64,000 nt of DNA from Phoronis australis (taxonomy: Eukaryota; Animalia; Phoronida). The stretch spans positions 666,669 through 730,668 of the forward strand of contig NMRA01000192.1 of assembly GCA_002633005.1 (NCBI GenBank). Reading direction: 5' to 3'. Below the pieces are notes generated by a model, which was given only the letters and a program-made list of their open reading frames with translations, was not told where the DNA came from and did not search any database. The position numbers and the translations under genes are program-made. Shown here one piece after another: positions 27,619 through 36,995 of the stretch. Every line of letters begins with the position of its first letter. The stretch's first letter is position 1.

Positions 27619-30600
27619 CAGGCGTGCGTGCGTGCGTGTGTGTACATTGTAGAACTATGTGTTCTACACTAATACCATTATAAATTAACATTAAACCCAT
27701 ACCCATGCTTTCTATCAAAGAATACTTTTGATTTTGGTCGCAAACCGTTATAAAACTGGCCTGATCTTGCTCCTTACTAAGTTTAGAAGTCAACTACGGG
27801 CTTCGAAAATTCGCAATACCTACACATTGTATTTGACTGGGCGAATTGTTGAAACCAATTTCACTTGTGATAACATGAGTTACAGTCGCAAATATTTTAA
27901 GTCTGGTCTGTTGGCCACATCACGTGACCTAATGGATACAACTCTGAAAAGACGTTCGTATGGTTTATAACCGTTTCAAAAAATAGTTGAGGATAATTAT
28001 TAAATGAATAGGCTACATGCATGCATAGATAATAGACAACTATAGTCTATGATGCATGTAAGCTCCCGTATACTTTTTGGGCTTAGATTATTAATCACGT
28101 GGAGCGTTAATTGTTTTTAGTTTAGGAATGTTTTGCATATGTAGTAACAATTTCTTGGTAATTTGGGAAATAAATTATTTACCAACGTAACTGAAAATTT
28201 ACTTGCTTCTACCAAGAGGCCGTCATCTTGTGACTACACTAACCTTTGTTCGTAGCAGGGTTGGACCCTTGTTAGGCTCTAAGGTCATATTGTTAGACTA
28301 CAGTGTTTGGGCTACGGCGTTCACTTTAATCTGTAGTGACTCTAGTCCGAAATATATACCCAGTTCAAAACGACAAAAATGTTATCGACCTTACCATCTG
28401 GATAGTCTTTTCCTTCTGTAGTCGACCGCATAAGTTTCACCTCAGACTCGGCTCTTGTCATGATGCCGTCACAGGCTGCATCGTTCACCGTCTCATCCGT
28501 ACACACTTTCACATAGACTTGACTCTGTCTCCTAGTGTCGTTGAGAAAACACAGGGCACGTGGATCGGCATAGGTTCGGAAGGGGCTGATGATTCCAATA
28601 GTGTTCAGCCACGACCACCAACCACCACACTTGTAGTATGGACCCAACGACCAACGATATCCCAGGTTGATGGCGCCGTTGTAACATACCTGAAATTGTA
28701 TTGTTTACATGAGCGTCATCAGATCGTCCTCGTCCTCACTGCCGCCACCACTATTGTCACCACGCACGTTTTGTCGTCATCTGTACTTTTGTCTATGTCT
28801 CATCACCGTCGTTATCGTTACCTACGTCTCAATCCGCTGCACCATTTCCGTCACCGTCTTTTGATTTATTCGAGTTGGTGCTATACTTGTGTCAACACCA
28901 TCATTGAATTTTAAATGTGCACAAAGTTTCCCCTTTTGTCAAATACCTCGGTTGACGTAGCCCAATTACCGTAATAAATTTCTTTTCATCTCTTCCCTTA
29001 CTCAGACAATGATTTCATGGCCCGAGAAGATCTGACAGTTTGTTATTGATTTAGACTAGTATCCTTACGGCTGATTGCCACTGCAGGTTATGTTGAATAA
29101 CCGTCGCGTGAATTCTAGACATTTTGATGCAACCAATGGAAATTTAAAATGATACTAAACCTTTTGTTATTTGTTTTTTTCAACCAGTTCTCCTTCAGCC
29201 ACCTGGTAATGCATCATTGACGTCTCACTTGAGTGAGTGATTAAAACAGGATCCAACTAAAAACTCAAACTCTTTTCATCACAGATAGGATATCTAGTTC
29301 TTGATGAGTGGTCTTTCCCTACATCTCTTAAAGCGTAGTTCACGCTTTCCCGTTTAGCAGAATTTGTAAAGAATTTTCCAGTTTCGCTAGAAACATTTAA
29401 GGGTTGTCATGGGTTACATAACATTATCTTGTTCCAGAGAACTAGATGAGAACGTCACTGTCACCAGGCTTGGTATGCTCTTAAGATTAATATAACAATG
29501 AGTCCAAGATGCTTTGAAAGAATAAATACTTCTTTGAATAAAGTTGTTCTTGCCACCACAAAACAGTTTATAGAAGCTGTAAGACAGCGCATCTAATTCC
29601 GCCTTACTTTGCTTTGTTCACTTACGTGGGCCTGGTTGTAAGTCTTGCTCTTGATTGGTAGGCCATCTGCGGGTAGTGCCACCTTGTGGCATCTGGAACT
29701 CCAATAGCTGGTGTCATTGCAATTTACCAAACGCTCAGCTCCTTCTTTGAAACCTTTGTATATTGCAGGGTCGTCTGGAAATAATTTACAACTTCAATAA
29801 CAGTAAGACGTAAACCACGATAACAATGTTACCGAAGTTTTCAATTCCCTTAATTTCACTGCTAGCGTTGCGAGTTTCATAAAATACTTCCACGCCCTCT
29901 AAAGACTGATTTTGGCTGTACATCTTTTGACACCCTAATCTAGAGTGATTTTCATTTAAAAATGTCTCTTGAGTGTCAGAATAATTTCCTAATGACATAA
30001 CGTGCATAACCTAAGCAGGTCTAAAAAGTGGCCTTTTCTCGTGGAAATTTATAGAAACCTGCGCATTAAAGTTTCTGGCGACTGCCTCCTCGGGGTTTCC
30101 ACTGAATAAGCAAAATCCGTACGCCAATGGGGGTTGCTAAATTGGCGGTTAGGATCGGAAGTGGCGTCGATAGGGAGGAATCTGGACTTTCGGACAGCGT
30201 GATGGGCAACTCCCCTCCCCGTCACCGGTAACATTTACCTTCCTAGCGAAAGCGCTTGACATCGGTAACAATAAAGATATAAACGTGAACTATAAAGGCA
30301 CGCGATATCAGTGTCAGTAATTTTGCAGGCAATGGTAAAAGTGTTGGGTCGTACAATTCACATTGCCCTATACTTTGTTGCTGCGCAAATTTTTATACAT
30401 TTATCCCATAACAAACATATATTGAAACATTTCGTGACTTTTAACCATAGCTTTCGTAGTAGGAATAACAATGAATACCTTCAAGGGTAGCAGCCGGAGT
30501 GGTTTGATCAGGGGTAGGCGCAGTTGTCGATTCACCAGGTCCCGTGGTGGTCATCTGCGTTGTGGTTGTCGTAGTCGTTTCCATCGTGTTATTTCCCTCG

Positions 30601-33400
30601 CCTACAGGTGTCGTAGTAGTTGAGCTTACCTCACTCTCATTTGAAGAGGCAGTGGTTTGTGTGGTTGTTGGTTGTGCGGTCATGTTGCTATGTGTAACAT
30701 CTGTCTGTACGCTGGTTGTGCTGACTTCCGTCACATTTGCCTGGGATCCGGTTACGTTTGACGATGACACAGTAGAGGCTTCAGTAGTATTTCCTTCGAC
30801 GATGCTCTCGGTAGTCGTCACACTACCTGTGTTGTTTGCCTGGGTTGTATTTAGTGTACTTGTAGCAGTTGTACTCTCCTCAATCACGCTGGAGGATGTG
30901 CTAGCTTGAATTGCTGACGTCGCTTCCTGTGAAATTGAGGAAGTAGTTGTCTCGGTCAGCCTAGTTGGTTCAACACCTGTGCTTGTCCCATTAGCTTCAA
31001 CAGTGGATAAAGATGAAGCAATGGTAGTTTCGGAGTCTTTCGAAGATGATACATTAATTTGACTGGTTGTCTGCGTTTGGCTTGTTGATGTGTATATTTC
31101 TGAAGTAAACGAGGATTGTATACCTTCTGTACTACTGGCTGAACCTGTAGCTGACGTCACTTCAGAGGATGACGTTTTACTTCCGGTGGTTGCAGTGGTC
31201 TGAACGCTTGCTGAAGAGGTTATAATAGTTGAATTCACTGCCATGCTTGTTGCATTTGCCCCTGTCGATGTTTCTGCTGTCCCTGTGGTGGAAGTTGCAT
31301 CTACTCCTGCTGTTGTTCCTGTTACCCCTGTGGTTGTAGTTGCATTCACCACTGTTGTCGTTTCTGTTACCCCTGTTGTAGAAGTAGCATTTACTCCCGC
31401 TGTTGTTTGTGTTACCCCTGTGGTTGCAGTTGTATTTACCACTGTTGTCGTTTCTGTTGCCCCTGTTGTAGAAGTTGCATTTACTCCCGCTGTTGTTTGT
31501 GTTACCCCTGTGGTTGCAGTTGTATTTACCACTGTTGTCGTTTCTGTTGCCCCTGTTGTAGAAGTTGCATTTACTCCCGCTGTTGTTTGTGTTACCCCTG
31601 TGGTTGCAGTTGTATTTACCACTGTTGTCGTTTCTGTTGCCCCTGTTGTAGAAGTTGCATTTACTCCCGCTGTTGTTTGTGTTACCCCTGTGCTTGCAGT
31701 TGCATTTACCACTGTTGTCGTTTCTGTTGCCCCTGTTGTAGAAGTTGCATTTACTCCCGCTGTTGATTGTGTTACCCCTGTGGTTGTAGTTGCATTTACC
31801 ACTGTTGTCGTTTCTGTTACCCCTGTTGTAGAAGTTGCATTTACTCCCGCTGTTGTTTGTGTTGCCTCTGTGGTTGCAGTTGTATTTACGTCAGCTCCTG
31901 TTGTTGTTGCTGTTACAACTACTGTCGTATCTGCCGTTGATGTTGTATTTGTTCCTGTTGCTGCCGTTGTCGTTGATGCTGATGACAGTGTTGTTGTTGA
32001 TGTCACAGCTGCTGTCAAATAAATCACAAAACTGTTAAACGGACGTGTACGACATTAATATCATTATAGAATCAGTATGGTTTTCTGGGTTCAAGCCTCG
32101 AGGTTTGTCTCGTAAAAAGTTGTTAAAGCGTAAGTCGGAATAGTTTTACGCTCCCAGCTCGCTTTGGCTGCAAACAGTTACTGCACTATCCGTGTAGTGT
32201 ACTTATGAACAGGTAACAGTTAAGCAATAATATATACAAGTTATCGCCTAAAGTGAGGACAAACATCCGCCTAAAGTGAGAGCGAGTCCTTACAAAAATG
32301 AACTTAAGTTATGATAAACTTAAGTTCCAGAAACTTAAGCTTAAGTTTTAGAGCTTAAGTTTTTGAAAACTTAAGTATTTTGCAAAAAAACTTAAGCTTT
32401 CGTGAATGAAAACTTAAGATTTTTTAGACCAAAAACTTAAGTTTTTCGATGAATACTTAAGTTCATTTTGTAAGGAAGTGTCCGCCGAAAGCGACGCTAT
32501 TGGACGACAGTGTGCTCCTGCTTCAATACCAACGTGGCGGCCGCGAAAGGATTTCTCAGCAAATCAGTGTTCGAACTGTCGCTTTTGTTGAGGGACAAGT
32601 TTTTGCAACTCGAACATATAAAATATCGATAATCCTAAGAAATTAAACCACTCGTGTGACTGTTTCGGTGATGAAAGAAAACAAAAAAATTGCCCCTATC
32701 ATCAATACAAAGCATTTATTCAAACAATTTATTTCTGTGCCAAAATTACCTCAAATACCCCATGCATATCATGGTGTACTTCCAACGTGTACTGCTTGGA
32801 ATTACTGTTGTTCCTCTTGGTAAGTATCCTAAAGTTACGTCGGACGTCACTGTGAATTTCTAAGGAAACTAGTTATCGAGAGTGACCTGTCGCGTATGCT
32901 CGCGAGCGCTTTTGTAAAAGGTGTTCAAGAAACAGGGAGTCGCGGCGCTCACAGCTTAAATAATGTTACTGAAAACTGACAGAGTTGTGACGAATGTTGA
33001 TACTGATTTTTAAATCGGAAGCATTCATTTGCGTGGTGTAATATTTTCTACGCGCCGACAGGCTGCTGCCTTTCGAATTCAGGCGAGCAGTCGCAGGTAA
33101 CTAACGTTGGCCGTTGACTGAAAAGCGTAATTTACGAGCTTACTTCACGAGCGTAGTGTAATTTACTAGCGTAATTTACGAGCGACATATACCCCTCAGC
33201 GGCCAACCATAGCAATTAGTCTGGATAGGTACTGGAACTTCTAACTAATGCAGATGGGGTTGAGGCTTTCTCGTAACACCTGATACGGAGAATGAATGCT
33301 TTAATGGGATGAATGGAAGTCACTTACCAACAGTCACTGCATAAACCAGTAACAGGCGAACCAACATGGCCGTAGTTTGGCTCCGCCTTAGTGGCCACAT
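11006..33400 (-). CDS. MUC4-like transmembrane mucin gene (signal peptide - Thr-rich repeats - NIDO - AMOP - VWD - Ig/cadherin-like - EGF array - SEA-like - TM), 27 coding exons, 1865 aa
   Basis: Manual splicing of 27 GT-AG exons with matching phases gives one open frame of 5598 nt from ATG (33398-33400) to TAG (11006-11008). Hallmarks: [14 protein letters not shown] and NSFQAVV (NIDO), [15 protein letters not shown] (AMOP), [11 protein letters not shown] and [14 protein letters not shown] (VWD), DINEC-type cbEGF repeats, hydrophobic TM helix. Confidence 0.9.
12022..12217 (-). CDS. mucin exon 26: Thr-rich stalk plus transmembrane helix ([25 protein letters not shown])
   Basis: ggcag| ... |GTAAGT, phase 1-2; ~24-residue hydrophobic run followed by Lys. 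Confidence 0.88.
13242..13361. repeat. minisatellite, 4 identical 30-bp units
   Basis: attttgagaactggccataccttaattact x4. Confidence 0.97.
13809..13999 (-). CDS. mucin exon 25: SEA-like module part 2 (KREVVSYGF...DLAFFIRL...LASVL)
   Basis: ttttag| ... |GTAGGT, phase 2-1. Confidence 0.82.
14448..14545 (-). CDS. mucin exon 24: SEA-like module part 1 ([26 protein letters not shown])
   Basis: ttgtag| ... |GTAAGT, phase 0-2. Confidence 0.8.
15529..15632 (-). CDS. mucin exon 23: linker / start of membrane-proximal module
   Basis: tttcag| ... |GTAAGT, phase 1-0, open frame. Confidence 0.8.
15847..15969 (-). CDS. mucin exon 22: calcium-binding EGF ([12 protein letters not shown]...)
   Basis: 123-nt phase 1-1 exon; cbEGF consensus. 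Confidence 0.9.
16495..16617 (-). CDS. mucin exon 21: calcium-binding EGF ([12 protein letters not shown]...)
   Basis: 123-nt phase 1-1 exon; cbEGF consensus. Confidence 0.92.
17255..17377 (-). CDS. mucin exon 20: EGF-like ([14 protein letters not shown]...CGCKAGY)
   Basis: 123-nt phase 1-1 exon, six Cys. Confidence 0.9.
17735..17854 (-). CDS. mucin exon 19: calcium-binding EGF ([11 protein letters not shown]...)
   Basis: 120-nt phase 1-1 exon; cbEGF consensus. Confidence 0.92.
18397..18436. repeat. perfect 19-bp-arm palindrome
   Basis: tttaagtgcacacaatctt-tt-aagattgtgtgcacttaaa. Confidence 0.95.
18698..18820 (-). CDS. mucin exon 18: calcium-binding EGF ([12 protein letters not shown]...)
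   Basis: 123-nt phase 1-1 exon; DxDEC...CxNTxGSYxCxC. Confidence 0.92.
18868..19156 (+). repeat. dispersed repeat family C (two copies here; others at 27715-27790 inverted and 59160-59210)
   Basis: Shared aactgagtaaggaacaa.ataagg.cagtttta motif. Confidence 0.55.
19199..19401 (-). CDS. mucin exon 17: EGF-like repeats ([13 protein letters not shown]...CGDCPSG...EC)
   Basis: gtgcag| ... |GTATGT, phase 2-1; CxCxxGYTGxxC. Confidence 0.9.
19835..19938 (-). CDS. mucin exon 16: start of EGF-like region (YCACVNGNC)
   Basis: tttcag| ... |GTAATA, phase 0-2. Confidence 0.82.
20245..20462 (-). CDS. mucin exon 15: Ig/cadherin-like module ([10 protein letters not shown]...VTAYDQNND)
   Basis: ttacag| ... 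|GTAAGT, phase 1-0; NxxP and AxDxxxD pattern. Confidence 0.85.
20877..21143 (-). CDS. mucin exon 14: post-VWD Cys motif ([16 protein letters not shown])
   Basis: tttag| ... |GTGAGT, phase 1-1; CxxxxxCxFDxxxTG as in MUC4/SUSD2-like proteins. Confidence 0.9.
21324..21489 (-). CDS. mucin exon 13: VWD end ([21 protein letters not shown]...FGQK)
   Basis: gtctag| ... |GTAAGT, phase 0-1; GLLGxxNGxxxDDF motif. Confidence 0.92.
21782..22035 (-). CDS. mucin exon 12: VWD
   Basis: tgaag| ... |GTAAGT, phase 1-0, within ORF 21770..22069. Confidence 0.85.
22519..22662 (-). CDS. mucin exon 11: VWD start with GDPH ([24 protein letters not shown])
   Basis: cttaag| ... |GTAATT, phase 1-1; canonical GDPHxxTLDGxxYTFNGxGEY. 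Confidence 0.93.
22880..23006 (-). CDS. mucin exon 10: AMOP end (DYCC...[10 protein letters not shown]...YRPP)
   Basis: tttaag| ... |GTAAGT, phase 0-1; CC...CxxFYxxRP...YxPP motif. Confidence 0.88.
24473..24617 (-). CDS. mucin exon 9: AMOP (FRFIIW...YTCCY...GFLMN)
   Basis: tttacag| ... |GTAAGT, phase 2-0; CCY motif. Confidence 0.85.
24826..25080 (+). mobile_element. Penelope-like retroelement fragment (N-terminal RT region) in mucin intron 8
   Basis: [19 protein letters not shown]...FESLY...LKHRL...[11 protein letters not shown] resembles LxxxExxxLxxGLxFxP ... NLxxxE of Penelope-type RTs. Confidence 0.5.
25575..25731 (-). CDS. mucin exon 8: NIDO end / AMOP start (GEYMIRMD...[14 protein letters not shown])
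   Basis: ttcag| ... AG|GTATCC, phase 1-2; CPxTxxQAxxDxGRF AMOP motif. Confidence 0.88.
25862..26100 (-). mobile_element. tRNA-derived SINE in mucin intron 7 with 14-bp TSD
   Basis: Minus-strand head GAGGCAGTGTGGCCTGGTTG (A box) ... GGGTTCAGGTCCC (B box-like); direct repeat tcttaatttagcaa at 25848-25861 and 26101-26114. Confidence 0.8.
26243..26410 (-). CDS. mucin exon 7: NIDO ([14 protein letters not shown]...VGDG...NGNT)
   Basis: ctctag| ... |GTAATT, phase 1-1. Confidence 0.85.
26707..26800 (-). CDS. mucin exon 6: NIDO core ([21 protein letters not shown]...INW)
   Basis: tttacag| ... |GTAAGA, phase 0-1; NxFQxVxxTD motif. Confidence 0.9.
27251..27402 (-). CDS. mucin exon 5: NIDO ([15 protein letters not shown]...)
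   Basis: gccag| ... |GTAAGT, phase 1-0; FxPxWxxVVTW motif. Confidence 0.9.
27567..27616. repeat. (GT)25 microsatellite
   Basis: Direct reading. Confidence 0.97.
28395..28689 (-). CDS. mucin exon 4: NIDO region ([10 protein letters not shown]...IISPF...YPD)
   Basis: tttcag| ... |GTAAGG, phase 0-1; VxxNGxIxL and IxPF motifs of NIDO-type domains. Confidence 0.85.
29626..29774 (-). CDS. mucin exon 3: start of NIDO region (DPAIYKGF...KTYNQAH)
   Basis: ttccag| ... |GTAAGT, phase 1-0, open frame. Confidence 0.85.
30479..32011 (-). CDS. mucin exon 2: Thr/Ser-rich glycosylated stalk with tandem repeats
   Basis: 1533-nt exon inside ORF 30441..32027; acceptor gacag|cag (NAGNAG), donor AG|GTATTC; phase 1-1. 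Confidence 0.9.
31271..31889 (-). repeat. coding 90-bp (30-aa) tandem repeat, 6 full plus 2 partial copies
   Basis: Unit gttacccctgtggttgcagttgtatttacc... starts at 31321, 31411, 31501, 31591, 31681, 31771 and (partial) 31861; encodes [30 protein letters not shown]. Confidence 0.95.
32287..32476. mobile_element. MITE-like foldback element built from CTTAAG repeats
   Basis: tccttacaaaaatgaacttaag (32287-32308) and cttaagttcattttgtaagga (32456-32476) are inverted; ~10 CTTAAG palindromes in total. Confidence 0.75.
33328..33400 (-). CDS. mucin coding exon 1: signal peptide [24 protein letters not shown]
   Basis: Acceptor tttcag|A then ATG; basic N-terminus plus hydrophobic core; donor G|GTAAGT phase 1 matches exon 2. 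Confidence 0.75.
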
Positions 33401-33766
33401 TCTGAAATACAAGCACGCATTATGACAACGCTACGCCCAGGTATGACATGCGTGTTAACACTTAAATAGTTTTTTTTTATTTAGTTCACTTACTGTTTGT
33501 TGTGAAATTGGTTTCAAATTTTTGCTCACTCAAACGAGAGGGGGTTTCTCGCTGGTAAGAACGGGAAGCTCTCTATAGTCCCTGACTGGGCTCGGGAACA
33601 TGTCTTGACACGGCGGGTAAATTTGAACATCGCGAACAAAGTTTGATTAAGAAGACATCTTGCGTATCAGTGTGATAACGGCGATTCCCGTTGATGCTGC
33701 AAAAGTTTATGAGAAGTTTATTGGGATCCCAGCTTTATAAGGGATATTCCAACTATCCTCGTTTAA

Positions 33767-34015
33767 GATTATCTAGGACCTTATTAAACGACCTCAATTC
33801 TAAGTCAAACATCGAAAAACCTACGATTTGTAAACCATTAAAAGTGTATATTTTCTTTGTCATGTGACAATAGTAAGACACAGTAGTAAGAAACATAGTT
33901 TTAGATTTCTCGATTTTTCTCCTTCCAGAAAATATATACTTTTAATGGTTGATAAAGCATTGCTTTTTCGATATTTGACATAGACTGAGCTCGTTTGTTA
34001 AGGTCTTAGATAACC
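33767..34015. mobile_element. MITE with ~90-bp imperfect TIRs and TTAA TSD (Kolobok-like)
   Basis: Arms 33767-33857 and 33927-34015 are reverse complements; TTAA at 33763-33766 and 34016-34019; termini G(A/G)TTATCT...AGATAACC. Confidence 0.75.
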
Positions 34016-34604
34016 TTAAAGCGACCACCAAACAGCTTTTCATCACAAAAAAACAACTTTTCATTTATTCAACTTGCCTTTATGGACTGGGTCTCAAATT
34101 GTTTCTTAGTGAGGTTAGAGATAAATTTTGGGATTGGACAGAACAAACAGTTCGTTAATGCTTGAGACTATGCCCTACAAGTTGGAGGGTCACGGCGGGT
34201 CATTTTGTGAGCCGAGCATAATTTGGACTGAGGAAAAAGGAACTGATTTGAGTAAGGAAAATCATGAGACCTCTAGCGGTAAGTTGTCTAAATTAAAATG
34301 TCGCACTTCGGACTGGCCTCGGGTTTATGGACGATGGGTTTGGACGATAGTGTCAAATACAACTGTTTAATAAAGTCCAGGTGCCTTCAGTTGTATCGAT
34401 TTTCTTTCGGTAGCATTTGTGCATAACGTTTTCATAACTACCATGCCCTCATCAGCTCTCAGATCTTGCTTCATAACATTAAATCCCTTCCTCTTTTCTT
34501 ACTGAAATTAAGACCGGTTATAGGAGGAAAGTTGACACAGTTGCAGTGGTAAAAGTTTCCCAAATGAAGATAAATATGTACATGTATAATACAGACAGTC
34601 TTAT

Positions 34605-35075
34605 TCTTCCCAAGGCAGAGACACAAAATACAGTGTTACTTGTCCAAGGGCAGAGACACAAAATACAGTGCATTTATCACTGGACAGACACAAAGAACAA
34701 TGTATTTGTCCCAGGAGAGATACAGAATGCATTTACTGGTCCCAAGGCAGCGACACAGAGTACAATGTATTTATCACAGCTCAGAGACAAATAACATACA
34801 TCAATTGAACATGAACTTTTATATTTGTGCGGCGATCGTCCGGTTTTTGATCCTATTGTGGCCAAAAGCTGATTTAAATAACATAATGTATTTGTCCCAG
34901 AAGAGATGTAGAATACGTACAGCGTGCTTGTTCCAGGGCAGAGACACAATGTATATCTCCTACTAAAACTATAGAATGCCATAGTAACACTACTGCTCGC
35001 CCGAGGACCGAGGCACAGAATACATCACCAACTGAGGCAAGTATCGTGTTCTAAGGGATGAGAACACACGACAGT
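34605..35075. repeat. degenerate ~32-bp tandem repeat
   Basis: Recurrent cca(a)gg.cagagacaca.aataca.tg.att. Confidence 0.65.
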
Positions 35076-35160
35076 TCTTAGCAGTGATGTCGAAAAAGAA
35101 AACACCAGAGAGAATTAAATTCTAAGCCTGGCTGGCAGATGGCACATGTTGTATATATAG

Positions 35161-35162
<2 letters not shown>

Positions 35163-35210
<48 letters not shown>
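35163..35210. repeat. (AC)24 microsatellite
   Basis: Direct reading. Confidence 0.97.
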
Positions 35211-35212
<2 letters not shown>

Positions 35213-36761
35213 AATCTGTCTAGGATCTGTCAGGCTTCAGTGAAGATGTACTTGACTTTTCTTTATTACTTAGATGAACCGATATAGAGGTTCGGAAATG
35301 CAATGTACTCTTACCAAGACATAGCCGCCTATTGCAGTCCTTGGCAACTTCTTAAAATGTTTGAAGGCCTACATTTCTGTATTTAGACATAACAACTTTC
35401 TTGTCGTAGGAATCCGATAGCGGCAATGACATAGGAAACGTGTAAATGAATATAGATTCACGATCTGTCAAGTCAACCGTGAGTTTTGACTTCCTATTGT
35501 ACGTACCGTTTTTAACTGTCTTCAAATTACATGTCGCTGATTTACGAGTGCTCGATTATAGTTGAGTTACGCCTAGCCGAGCAACAAAATGTGTTTTTGA
35601 CTAGTCACTAGGTCAGCGTTACTTGTAAAGCACACTCGCAAAATGTAATGAAATGAAAAAGGCTCTTTGTTATTTCATTCCGCGGATTGATAGACATTTA
35701 CAATGATATCGACACAATGAATCAAATCTGCTTTTCAAATTCTAAACAATCCCTGGACCACTGTTCACTTTGTTTATCGTCTAAGGCTATGAAAGCATAA
35801 CTCGAGGCCCAATGCTTACAAAACAGAAAAAAACAATAGAAAATAAGCAATTGGTGTTATCCATATCTTTGAAAGTCGTGTCAGTGATTGCCACGAATGA
35901 TTATGTTCAGAGGATCATTTTACTTTCGTCCTAATCCTAGCAGTCATTATCTCTGTTTTGATACTGGGCACGTGGACAAAAGCTGTATTCATATCAATAG
36001 GTTGTCTCATAGGTCGGTACAATATACTATTGTCACTGAAAAATGTGTTAGGTGAAAAGTCTTAAAACGACCCTTTTGTATTCATAATATTTTGAGAAGT
36101 TCCTATGGAGTGTCGCCAAAATACTGTCTCATGTTGTTTCCGTATCTCCTAGTTTACTACTACGAATTCCTCCTGGCGTTTGCTTTTTGCGCCGTAACGT
36201 CTGTTATTTATATATTTCCATTCTAATACAGAGGAGTGAAAATTATACAAATATGATTGGACGATCAACAAACTTTATCATCCATAAATTCCATAACTTC
36301 AACTACATGTAAAAATGCGTGCCAAAGATAGTTGGGGATTATGTCTCTTCAGACGAATATTCGTCAAATTACTTAACCTGGAAGGAACGTGTTCAAAGTC
36401 CAAGCATTTCTGACAAATATTTGAACTGGGTAAACAAGAATAACCTGTTTAAAATAACGGTGAATCTTGTTTACCACATTTTACTTATTTGCAAATGTCT
36501 TAAATTCTGTCAGCTTTAACCCCTACAAAGTATATTTCAAAAATCTGAGAGGCGGTTCCCTCAAAAATGCCAGCAGACCAATATGATTGGAGGAACACTA
36601 TTTTGAAAATATCTGTTCTAAGTCCAAAAATGCTTTTATTAAAAAAGCATTTTTCGTGAAAAAATACGCACAAGTAAATACAAATGAGAAATTTTATTAG
36701 GAAATTTATTCACCTTTCAGTCAGTTTCTGTCATGTGGTTGTAACCACGTGCCATCTGATA

Positions 36762-36995
36762 CATGCCCGCACCCAGGGAGCTCGGGTGGCCTCGAACGAC
36801 CCCCCCCCATTTGGCGAAGTGGGCAAAAAGGTCCGCCTCGGAAAAACAAAAACTTCGAAAAAGTAAAAACGAGACAAAAGTCTACCAAAAAGGCAGGAAT
36901 TCGGCGAATGCGCAATTCATAGCTCTGAACTTACCCCGTTTTTTATTTCTTTTAATAAAAGGTACACATTCTCAAAAGTTTGAGTCCCCCTATTT
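36762..36995 (+). mobile_element. MITE family B, copy 1
   Basis: catgcccgcacccag left terminus; ccatttggcga..caaaaaggtccgcctcgga core shared with 46967-47222. Confidence 0.65.

Noticed and set aside
30544-32038. Long Val-rich and Cys-rich plus-strand ORFs (e.g. 31243..32022, 31407..31766)
   Set aside because: Antisense shadows of the ACN-codon-rich mucin exon; no independent splice or domain evidence.
32750-32859. Possible extra mucin exon between exons 1 and 2
   Set aside because: Has AG and GT sites and open frames, but ends in phase 0 or 2 while exon 2 needs phase 1; exon 1 joins exon 2 directly.
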